Below are positions 1-11,600 of a stretch of 64,000 bases of DNA, piece after piece; position 1 is the stretch's first letter, and each line of letters opens with the position of its first letter. The notes under the pieces are model-generated. The model had not been told where the DNA came from, did no database searches, and worked only from the letters and a program-made list of their open reading frames with translations. A program made the position numbers and the translations under genes. Origin of the DNA: Auanema rhodensis. Lineage: Eukaryota; Animalia; Nematoda. Location of the stretch: positions 620,001 through 684,000 of the forward strand of contig OZ059897.1 in the NCBI GenBank assembly GCA_964057225.1. Direction: 5' to 3'.

Positions 1-140
1 ACGCAGCTTGAAAATCCGCATCGAATGCACTATACTACATTGAGAAACGCTTAATACAAAAATAAGTTATGATCGTTTGAAAAATGATGCATTAGTGTAT
101 GTTGAGTTTCCATGTACACTCAAAATTGCTTCCAAAAACA

Positions 141-173
141 TTTTGACAAAAATTTTTTCGAAAAATTTCAAAA
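141..173. other. A/T-tract palindrome centred on TTTTTCGAAAAA (representative copy)
   Basis: A perfect 12-bp palindrome at 154-165 extends imperfectly to TTTTG...CAAAA. Confidence 0.8.
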
Positions 174-978
174 TAATTTAGCAAAAAGTAGATGTTTTTA
201 GATTCTTTTTTTCAAGGCAAAAACGATGGACAATGTTATTCAACGAAAAAATTAATTCTTCAGGGTGAAAATCGAGGATATAGGTGTGAACTTATATCAG
301 TTGATATCTAGGTGCATTTTTAAGCTAGCGCAAATCTGATAACACAGATCGACGCAGCTTAAAAATCAGCATCGAATGCACTATACTACATTAAGAAAAG
401 CTTAATACAAAAATTAGTTATGATCGTTTGAAAAATGATGCATTAGTGTATGTTGAGTTTCCATGTACACTCAAAATTGCTTCCAAAATCATTTTGACAA
501 AAATTTTTTCGAAAAATTTCAAAATAATTTAGCGAAAAGTAGATGTTTTTAGATTCCTTTTTTCGAGGCAAAAACGATGGACAATGTTATTCAACGAAAA
601 AATTAATTCTTCAGGGTGAAAATCAAGGATATAGGTGTGAACTTATATCAGTTGATATCTCGCTGCATTTTTCAGCTAGCGCAAATCTGATAACACAGAT
701 CGACGCAGCTTAAAAATCCGCATCGAATGCACTATACTACATTGAGAAACGCTTAATACAAAAATAAGTTATGATCGTTTGAAAAATGATGCATTAGTGT
801 ATGTTGAGTTTCCATGTACACTCAAAATTGCTTCCAAAAACATTTTGACAAAAATTTTTTCGAAAAATTTCAAAATAATTTAGCAAAAAGTAGATGTTTT
901 TAGATTCCTTTTTTCGAGGCAAAAACGATGGACAATGTTATTCAACGAAAAAATTAATTCTTCAGGGTGAAAATCGAG

Positions 979-1000
979 GATATAAGTGTGAACTTATATC
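979..1000. other. Perfect 9-bp inverted repeat GATATAAGT-gtga-ACTTATATC (offset 277-298; representative copy, recurs with minor variants in each monomer)
   Basis: The reverse complement of GATATAAGT is ACTTATATC, with a 4-nt loop. Confidence 0.9.
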
Positions 1001-1361
1001 AGTTGATATCTCGGTGCATTTTTAAGCTAGCGGAAATCTGATAACACAGATCGACGCAGCTTAACAATCCGCATCGAATGCACTATACTACATTGAGAAA
1101 CGCTTAATACCAAAATTAGTTATGATCGTTTGAAAAATGATGCATTAGTGTATGTTGAGTTTCCATGTACACTCAAAATTGCTTCCAAAAACATTTTGAC
1201 AAAAATTTTTTCAAAAAATTTCAAAATAATTTAGCGAAAAGTAGATGTTTTTAGATTCCTTTTTTCGAGGCAAAAACGATGGACAATGTTATTCAACGAA
1301 AAAATTAATTCTTCAGGGTGAAAATCAAGGATATAGGTGTGAACTTATATCAGTTGATATC

Positions 1362-1428
1362 TCGGTGCATTTTTAAGCTAGCGGAAATCTGATAACACAG
1401 ATCGACGCAGCTTAAAAATCCGCATCGA
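1362..1428. other. Long imperfect inverted repeat, 67 bp (offset 309-351 plus 1-24 of the next copy; representative copy)
   Basis: TCGGTGC-ATTTTTAAGCT-a-GCG-gaa-ATCTG-[ataaca]-CAGAT-cga-CGC-AGCTTAAAAAT-cc-GCATCGA. The paired segments are 7 bp (one G.T), 11, 3 and 5 bp. Confidence 0.88.
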
Positions 1429-4400
1429 ATGCACTATACTACATTAAGAAAAGCTTAATACAAAAATTAGTTATGATCGTTTGAAAAATGATGCATTAGT
1501 GTATGTTGAGTTTCCATGTACACTCAACATTGCTTCCAAAAACATTTTGACAAAAATTTTTTCGAAAAATTTCAAAATAATTTAGCGAAAAGTAGATGTT
1601 TTTAGATTCCTTTTTTCGAGGCAAAAACGATGGACAATGTTATTCAACGAAAAAATTAATTCTTCAGGGTGAAAATCAAGGATATAGGTGTGAACTTATA
1701 TCAGTTGATATCTCGCTGCATTTTTCAGCTAGCGCAAATCTGATAACACAGATCGACGCAGCTTGAAAATCCGCATCGAATGCACTATACTACATTGAGA
1801 AACGCTTAATACAAAAATAAGTTATGATCGTTTGAAAAATGATGCATTAGTGTATGTTGAGTTTCCATGTACACTCAAAATTGCTTCCAAAAACATTTTG
1901 ACAAAAATTTTTTCGAAAAATTTCAAAATAATTTAGCAAAAAGTAGATGTTTTTAGATTCTTTTTTTCAAGGCAAAAACGATGGACAATGTTATTCAACG
2001 AAAAAATTAATTCTTCAGGGTGAAAATCAAGGATATAGGTGTGAACTTATATCAGTTGATATCTCGGTGCATTTTTAAGCTAGCGGAAATCTGATAACAC
2101 AGATCGACGCAGCTTAAAAATCCGCATCGAATGCACTATACTACATTAAGAAAAGCTTAATACAAAAATTAGTTATGATCGTTTGAAAAATGATGCATTA
2201 GTGTATGTTGAGTTTCCATGTACACTCAACATTGCTTCCAAAAACATTTTGACAAAAATTTTTTCGAAAAATTTCAAAATAATTTAGCGAAAAGTAGATG
2301 TTTTTAGATTCCTTTTTTCGAGGCAAAAACGATGGACAATGTTATTCAACGAAAAAATTAATTCTTCAGGGTGAAAATCAAGGATATAGGTGTGAACTTA
2401 TATCAGTTGATATCTCGCTGCATTTTTCAGCTAGCGCAAATCTGATAACACAGATCGACGCAGCTTAAAAATCCGCATCGAATGCACTATACTACATTGA
2501 GAAACGCTTAATACAAAAATAAGTTATGATCGTTTGAAAAATGATGCATTAGTGTATGTTGAGTTTCCATGTACACTCAAAATTGCTTCCAAAAACATTT
2601 TGACAAAAATTTTTTCGAAAAATTTCAAAATAATTTAGCAAAAAGTAGATGTTTTTAGATTCTTTTTTTCAAGGCAAAAACGATGGACAATGTTATTCAA
2701 CGAAAAAATTAATTCTTCAGGGTGAAAATCAAGGATATAGGTGTGAACTTATATCAGTTGATATCTCGGTGCATTTTTGAGCTAGCGGAAATCTGATAAC
2801 ACAGATCGACGCAGCTTAAAAATCCGCATCGAATGCACTATACTACATTAAGAAAAGCTTAATACAAAAATTAGTTATGATCGTTTGAAAAATGATGCAT
2901 TAGTGTATGTTGAGTTTCCATGTACACTCAACATTGCTTCCAAAAACATTTTGACAAAAATTTTTTCGAAAAATTTCAAAATAATTTAGCGAAAAGTAGA
3001 TGTTTTTAGATTCCTTTTTTCGAGGCAAAAACGATGGACAATGTTATTCAACGAAAAAATTAATTCTTCAGGGTGAAAATCAAGGATATAGGTGTGAACT
3101 TATATCAGTTGATATCTCGCTGCATTTTTCAGCTAGCGCAAATCTGATAACACAGATCGACGCAGCTTAAAAATCCGCATCGAATGCACTATACTACATT
3201 GAGAAACACTTAATACAAAAATAAGTTATGATCGTTTGAAAAATGATGCATTAGTGTATGTTGAGTTTCCATGTACACTCAAAATTGCTTCCAAAAACAT
3301 TTTGACAAAAATTTTTTCGAAAAATTTCAAAATAATTTAGCAAAAAGTAGATGTTTTTAGATTCTTTTTTTCAAGGCAAAAACGATGGACAATGTTATTC
3401 AACGAAAAAATTAATTCTTCAGGGTGAAAATCGAGGATATAGGTGTGAACTTATATCAGTTGATATCTAGGTGCATTTTTAAGCTAGCGCAAATCTGATA
3501 ACACAGATCGACGCAGCTTAAAAATCAGCATCGAATGCACTATACTACATTAAGAAAAGCTTAATACAAAAATTAGTTATGATCGTTTGAAAAATGATGC
3601 ATTAGTGTATGTTGAGTTTCCATGTACACTCAAAATTGCTTCCAAAATCATTTTGACAAAAATTTTTTCGAAAAATTTCAAAATAATTTAGCGAAAAGTA
3701 GATGTTTTTAGATTCCTTTTTTCGAGGCAAAAACGATGGACAATGTTATTCAACGAAAAAATTAATTTTTCAGGGTGAAAATCGAGGATATAAGTGTGAA
3801 CTTATATCAGTTGATATCTCGGTGCATTTTTAAGCTAGCGGAAATCTGATAACACAGATCGACGCAGCTTAAAAATCCGCATCGAATGCACTATACTACA
3901 TTAAGAAAAGCTTAATACAAAAATTAGTTATGATCGTTTGAAAAATGATGCATTAGTGTATGTTGAGTTTCCATGTACACTCAACATTGCTTCCAAAAAC
4001 ATTTTGACAAAAATTTTTTCGAAAAATTTCAAAATAATTTAGCGAAAAGTAGATGTTTTTAGATTCCTTTTTTCGAGGCAAAAACGATGGACAATGTTAT
4101 TCAACGAAAAAATTAATTCTTCAGGGTGAAAATCAAGGATATAGGTGTGAACTTATATCAGTTGATATCTCGCTGCATTTTTCAGCTAGCGCAAATCTGA
4201 TAACACAGATCGACGCAGCTTAAAAATCCGCATCGAATGCACTATACTACATTGAGAAACACTTAATACAAAAATAAGTTATGATCGTTTGAAAAATGAT
4301 GCATTAGTGTATGTTGAGTTTCCATGTACACTCAAAATTGCTTCCAAAAACATTTTGACAAAAATTTTTTCGAAAAATTTCAAAATAATTTAGCAAAAAG

Positions 4401-5699
4401 TAGATGTTTTTAGATTCTTTTTTTCAAGGCAAAAACGATGGACAATGTTATTCAACGAAAAAATTAATTCTTCAGGGTGAAAATCGAGGATATAGGTGTG
4501 AACTTATATCAGTTGATATCTAGGTGCATTTTTAAGCTAGCGCAAATCTGATAACACAGATTGACGCAGCTTAAAAATCAGCATCGAATGCACTATACTA
4601 CATTAAGAAAAGCTTAATACAAAAATTAGTTATGATCGTTTGAAAAATGATGCATTAGTGTATGTTGAGTTTCCATGTACACTCAAAATTGCTTCCAAAA
4701 TCATTTTGACAAAAATTTTTTCGAAAAATTTCAAAATAATTTAGCGAAAAGTAGATGTTTTTAGATTCCTTTTTTCGAGGCAAAAACGATGGACAATGTT
4801 ATTCAACGAAAAAATTAATTTTTCAGGGTGAAAATCGAGGATATAAGTGTGAACTTATATCAGTTGATATCTCGGTGCATTTTTAAGCTAGCGGAAATCT
4901 GATAACACAGATCGACGCAGCTTAAAAATCCGCATCGAATGCACTATACTACATTGAGAAACGCTTAATACCAAAATTAGTTATGATCGTTTGAAAAATG
5001 ATGCATTAGTGTATGTTGAGTTTCCATGTACACTCAAAATTGCTTCCAAAAACATTTTGACAAAAATTTTTTCAAAAAATTTCAAAATAATTTAGCGAAA
5101 AGTAGATGTTTTTAGATTCCTTTTTTCGAGGCAAAAACGATGGACAATGTTATTCAACGAAAAAATTAATTCTTCAAGGTGAAAATCGAGGATATAATTG
5201 TGAACTTATATCAGTTGATATCTCGGTGCATTTTTAAGCTAGCGGAAATCTGATAACACAGATCGACGCAGCTTAAAAATCCGCATCGAATGCACTATAC
5301 TACATTACGAAAAGCTTAATACAAAAATTAGTTATGATCGTTTGAAAAATGATGCATTAGTGTATGTTGAGTTTCCATGTACACTCAAAATTGCTTCCAA
5401 AAACATTTTGACAAAAATTTTTTCGAAAAATTTCAAAATAATTTAGCGAAAAGTAGATGTTTTTAGATTCCTTTTTTCGAGGCAAAAACGATGGACAATG
5501 TTATTCAACGAAAAAATTAATTCTTCAGGGTGAAAATCGAGGATATAAGTGTGAACTTATATCAGTTGATATCTCGGTGCATTTTTCAGCTAGCGCAAAT
5601 CTGATAACACAGATCGACGCAGCTTAAAAATCCGCATCGAATGCACTATACTACATTAAGAAAAGCTTAATACCAAAATTAGTTATGATCGTTTGAAAA

Positions 5700-8600
5700 A
5701 TGATGCATTAGTGTATGTTGAGTTTCCATGTACACTCAAAATTGCTTCCAAAAACATTTTGACAAAAATTTTTTCGAAAAATTTCAAAATAATTTAGCGA
5801 AAAGTAGATGTTTTTAGATTCCTTTTTTCGAGGCAAAAACGATGGACAATGTTATTCAACGAAAAAATTAATTCTTCAGGGTGAAAATCGAGGATATAAG
5901 TGTGAACTTATATCAGTTGATATCTCGGTGCATTTTTCAGCTAGCGCAAATCTGATAACACAGATCGACGCAGCTTCAAAATCCGCATCGAATGCACTAT
6001 ACTACATTGAGAAACGCTTAATACCAAAATTAGTTATGATCGTTTGAAAAATGATGCATTAGTGTATGTTGAGTTTCCATGTACACTCAAAATTGCTTCC
6101 AAAAACATTTTGACAAAAATTTTTTCGAAAAATTTCAAAATAATTTAGCGAAAAGTAGATGTTTTTAGATTCCTTTTTTCAAGGCAAAAACGATGAACAA
6201 TGTAATTCAACGAAAAAATTAATTCTTCAGGGTGAAAATCGAGGATATAAGTGTGAACTTATATCAGTTCATATCTCGGTGCATTTTTCAGCTAGCGCAA
6301 ATCTGATAACACAGATCGACGCAGCTTAAAAATCCGCATCGAATGCACTATACTACATTGAGAAACGCTTAATACCAAAATTAGTTATGATCGTTTGAAA
6401 AATGATGCATTAGTGTATGTTGAGTTTCCATGTACACTCAAAATTGCTTCCAAAAACATTTTGACAAAAATTTTTTCGAAAAATTTCAAAATAATTTAGC
6501 GAAAAGTAGATGTTTTTAGATTCCTTTTTTCGAGGCAAAAACGATGGACAATGTTATTCAACGAAAAAATTAATTATTCAGGGTTAAAATCGAGGATATA
6601 AGTGTGAACTTATATCAGTTCATATCTCGGTGCATTTTTCAGCTAGCGCAAATCTGATAACACAGATCGACGCAGCTCAAAAATCCGCATCGAATGCACT
6701 ATACTACATTGAGAAACGCTTAATACCAAAATTAGTTATGATCGTTTGAAAAATGATGCATTAGTGTATGTTGAGTTTCCATGTACACTCAAAATTGCTT
6801 CCAAAAACATTTTGACAAAAATTTTTTCGAAAAATTTCAAAATAATTTAGCGAAAAGTAGATGTTTTTAGATTCCTTTTTTCAAGGCAAAAACGATGGAC
6901 AATGTAATTCAACGAAAAAATTAATTCTTCAGGGTGAAAATCGAGGATATAAGTGTGAACTTATATCAGTTCATATCTCGGTGCATTTTTCAGCTAGCGC
7001 AAATCTGATAACAAAGATCGACGCAGCTTAAAAATCCGCATCGAATGCACTATACTACATTGAGAAACGCTTAATACCAAAATTAGTTATGATCGTTTGA
7101 AAAATGATGCATTAGTGTATGTTGAGTTTCCATGTACACTCAAAATTGCTTCCAAAAACATTTTGACAAAAATTTTTTCGAAAAATTTCAAAATAATTTA
7201 GCGAAAAGTAGATGTTTTTAGATTCCTTTTTTCAAGGCAAAAACGATGGACAATGTAATTCAACGAAAAAATTAATTATTCAGGGTGAAAATCGAGGATA
7301 TAAGTGTGAACTTATATCAGTTCATATCTCGGTGCATTTTTCAGCTAGCGCAAATCTGATAACACAGATCGACGCAGCTTAAAAATCCGCATCGAATGCA
7401 CTATACTACATTGAGAAACGCTTAATACCAAAATTAGTTATGATCGTTTGAAAAATGATGCATTAGTGTATGTTGAGTTTCCATGTACACTCAAAATTGC
7501 TTCCAAAAACATTTTGACAAAAATTTTTTCGAAAAATTTCAAAATAATTTAGCGAAAAGTAGATGTTTTTAGATTCCTTTTTTCAAGGCAAAAACGATGG
7601 ACAATGTAATTCAACGAAAAAATTAATTATACAGGGTGAAAATCGAGGATATAAGTGTGAACTTATATCAGTTCTATTCTCGGTGCATTTTCAAGCTAGC
7701 GCAAATCTGATAGTACAGATCGACGCAGCTTAAAAATCCGCATCGAATGCACTATACTACATTGAGAAACGCTTAATACAAAAATTAGTTATGATCGTTT
7801 GAAAAATGATGCATTAGTGTATGTTGAGTTTCCATGTACACTCAAAATTGCTTCCAAAAACATTTTGACAAAAATTTTTTCGAAAAATTTCAAAATAATT
7901 TAGCGAAAAGTAGATGTTTTTAGATTCCTTTTTTCGAGGCAAAAACGATGGACAATGTTATTCAACGAAAAAATTAATTCTTCAGGGTGAAAATCGAGGA
8001 TATAAGTGTGAACTTATATCAGTTGATATCTCGGTGCATTTTTAAGCTAGCGGAAATCTGATAACACAGATCGACGCAGCTTAAAAATCCGCATCGAATG
8101 CACTATACTACATTAAGAAAAGCTTAATACAAAAATTAGTTATGATCGTTTGAAAAATGATGCATTAGTGTATGTTGCGTTTCCATGTACACTCAAAATT
8201 GCTTCCAAAAACATTTTGACAAAAATTTTTTCGAAAAATTTCAAAATAATTTAGCGAAAAGTAGATGTTTTTAGATTCCTTTTTTCGAGGCAAAAACGAT
8301 GGACAATGTTATTCAACGAAAAAATTAATTCTTCAGGGTGAAAATCGAGGATATAAGTGTGAACTTATATCAGTTGATATCTCGGTGCATTTTTCAGCTA
8401 GCGCAAATCTGATAACACAGATCGACGCAGCTTCAAAATCCGCATCGAATGCACTATACTACATTGAGAAACGCTTAATACCAAAATTAGTTATGATCGT
8501 TTGAAAAATGATGCATTAGTGTATGTTGAGTTTCCATGTACACTCAAAATTGCTTCCAAAAACATTTTGACAAAAATTTTTTCGAAAAATTTCAAAATAA

Positions 8601-11600
8601 TTTAGCGAAAAGTAGATGTTTTTAGATTCCTTTTTTCAAGGCAAAAACGATGAACAATGTAATTCAACGAAAAAATTAATTCTTCAGGGTGAAAATCGAG
8701 GATATAAGTGTGAACTTATATCAGTTCATATCTCGGTGCATTTTTCAGCTAGCGCAAATCTGATAACACAGATCGACGCAGCTTAAAAATCCGCATCGAA
8801 TGCACTATACTACATTGAGAAACGCTTAATACCAAAATTAGTTATGATCGTTTGAAAAATGATGCATTAGTGTATGTTGAGTTTCCATGTACACTCAAAA
8901 TTGCTTCCAAAAACATTTTGACAAAAATTTTTTCGAAAAATTTCAAAATAATTTAGCGAAAAGTAGATGTTTTTAGATTCCTTTTTTCAAGGCAAAAACG
9001 ATGGACAATGTAATTCAACGAAAAAATTAATTATTCAGGGTTAAAATCGAGGATATAAGTGTGAACTTATATCAGTTCATATCTCGGTGCATTTTTCAGC
9101 TAGCGCAAATCTGATAACACAGATCGACGCAGCTTAAAAATCCGCATCGAATGCACTATACTACATTGAGAAACGCTTAATACCAAAATTAGTTATGATC
9201 GTTTGAAAAATGATGCATTAGTGTATGTTGAGTTTCCATGTACACTCAAAATTGCTTCCAAAAACATTTTGACAAAAATTTTTTCGAAAAATTTCAAAAT
9301 AATTTAGCGAAAAGTAGATGTTTTTAGATCCCTTTTTTCAAGGCAAAAACGATGGACAATGTAATTCAACGAAAAAATTAATTATACAGGGTGAAAATCG
9401 AGGATATAAGTGTGAACTTATATCAGTTCATATCTCGGTGCATTTTCAAGCTAGCGCAAATCTGATAGTACAGATCGACGCAGCTTAAAAATCCGCATCG
9501 AATGCACTATACTACATTGAGAAACGCTTAATACAAAAATTAGTTATGATCGTTTGAAAAATGATGCATTAGTGTATGTTGAGTTTCCATGTACACTCAA
9601 AATTGCTTCCAAAAACATTTTGACAAAAATTTTTTCGAAAAATTTCAAAATAATTTAGCGAAAAGTAGATGTTTTTAGATTCCTTTTTTCGAGGCAAAAA
9701 CGATGGACAATGTTATTCAACGAAAAAATTAATTCTTCAGGGTGAAAATCGAGGATATAAGTGTGAACTTATATCAGTTGATATCTCGGTGCATTTTTAA
9801 GCTAGCGGAAATCTGATAACACAGATCGACGCAGCTTAAAAATCCGCATCGAATGCACTATACTACATTAAGAAAAGCTTAATACAAAAATTAGTTATGA
9901 TCGTTTGAAAAATGATGCATTAGTGTATGTTGAGTTTCCATGTACACTCAACATTGCTTCCAAAAACATTTTGACAAAAATTTTTTCGAAAAATTTCAAA
10001 ATAATTTAGCGAAAAGTAGATGTTTTTAGATTCCTTTTTTCGAGGCAAAAACGATGGACAATGTTATTCAACGAAAAAATTAATTCTTCAGGGTGAAAAT
10101 CAAGGATATAGGTGAGAACTTATATCAGTTGATATCTCGCTGCATTTTTCAGCTAGCGCAAATCTGATAACACAGATCGACGCAGCTCAAAAATCCGCAT
10201 CGAATGCACTATACTACATTAAGAAAAGCTTAATACAAAAATTAGTTATGATCGTTTGAAAAATGATGCATTAGTGTATGTTGAGTTTCCATGTACACTC
10301 AACATTGCTTCCAAAAACATTTTGACAAAAATTTTTTCGAAAAATTTCAAAATAATTTAGCGAAAAGTAGATGTTTTTAGATTCCTTTTTTCGAGGCAAA
10401 AACGATGGACAATGTTATTCAACGAAAAAATTAATTCTTCAGGGTGAAAATCGAGGATATAAGTGTGAACTTATATCAGTTGATATCTCGTTGCATTTTT
10501 AAGCTAGCGGAAATCTGATAACACAGATCGACGCAGCTTAAAAATCCGCATCGAATGCACTATACTACATTGAGAAAAGCTTAATACAAAAATTAGTTAT
10601 GATCGTTTGAAAAATGATGCATTAGTGTATGTTGAGTTTCCATGTACACTCAACATTGCTTCCAAAAACATTTTGACAAAAATTTTTTCGAAAAATTTCA
10701 AAATAATTTAGCGAAAAGTAGATGTTTTTAGATTCCTTTTTTCGAGGCAAAAACGATGGACAATGTTATTCAACGAAAAAATTAATTCTTCAGGGTGAAA
10801 ATCAAGGATATAGGTGTGAACTTATATCAGTTGATATCTCGCTGCATTTTTCAGCTAGCGGAAATCTGATAACACAGATCGACGCAGCTTAAAAATCCGC
10901 ATCGAATGCACTATACTACATTAAGAAAAGCTTAATACAAAAATTAGTTATGATCGTTTGAAAAATGATGCATTAGTGTATGTTGCGTTTCCATGTACAC
11001 TCAAAATTGCTTCCAAAAACATTTTGACAAAAATTTTTTCGAAAAATTTCAAAATAATTTAGCGAAAAGTAGATGTTTTTAGATTCCTTTTTTCGAGGCA
11101 AAAACGATGGACAATGTTATTCAACGAAAAAATTAATTCTTCAGGGTGAAAATCGAGGATATAAGTGTGAACTTATATCAGTTGATATCTCGGTGCATTT
11201 TTCAGCTAGCGCAAATCTGATAACACAGATCGACGCAGCTTCAAAATCCGCATCGAATGCACTATACTACATTGAGAAACGCTTAATACCAAAATTAGTT
11301 ATGATCGTTTGAAAAATGATGCATTAGTGTATGTTGAGTTTCCATGTACACTCAAAATTGCTTCCAAAAACATTTTGACAAAAATTTTTTCGAAAAATTT
11401 CAAAATAATTTAGCGAAAAGTAGATGTTTTTAGATTCCTTTTTTCAAGGCAAAAACGATGAACAATGTAATTCAACGAAAAAATTAATTCTTCAGGGTGA
11501 AAATCGAGGATATAAGTGTGAACTTATATCAGTTCATATCTCGGTGCATTTTTCAGCTAGCGCAAATCTGATAACACAGATCGACGCAGCTTAAAAATCC

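Larger units (their letters stand above)
1..5700. repeat. Satellite layer A with local 2-mer (702 bp) and 3-mer (1053 bp) higher-order repeats
   Basis: Markers ATCAAGG/TATAGGTG/CTCGCTG, TTAAGAAAAGC, CTAGGTG and AATCAGCA. The CAACATTG variant is at 1528, 2230, 2932 (702 apart) and 3985 (+1053). The AAACACT variant is at 3208 and 4261 (1053 apart). The right boundary is approximate, and some markers recur at 9.9-13.7 kb. Confidence 0.8.

Noticed and set aside
1-351. Tandem 5S rRNA, tRNA, snRNA or spliced-leader gene array
   Set aside because: I found no recognisable 5S or tRNA sequence, cloverleaf or clear Pol III A/B boxes. An Infernal/Rfam scan would be the formal test.
1-351. Monomer as an ancient dimer of ~175-bp subunits
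   Set aside because: By eye the two halves share no alignable similarity beyond A/T tracts.
561-577. CENP-B box-like motif TTTCGAGGCAAAAACGA
   Set aside because: It matches TTCG and the A of NTTCGNNNNANNCGGGN but lacks CGGG, and the G of TTCG is frequently mutated to A.
979-1025. Rho-independent terminator or bacterial promoter calls on the hairpins and AT-rich motifs
   Set aside because: The stems are AT-rich with no adjacent U-tract and there is no gene context; such matches are expected by chance in 69% AT DNA.
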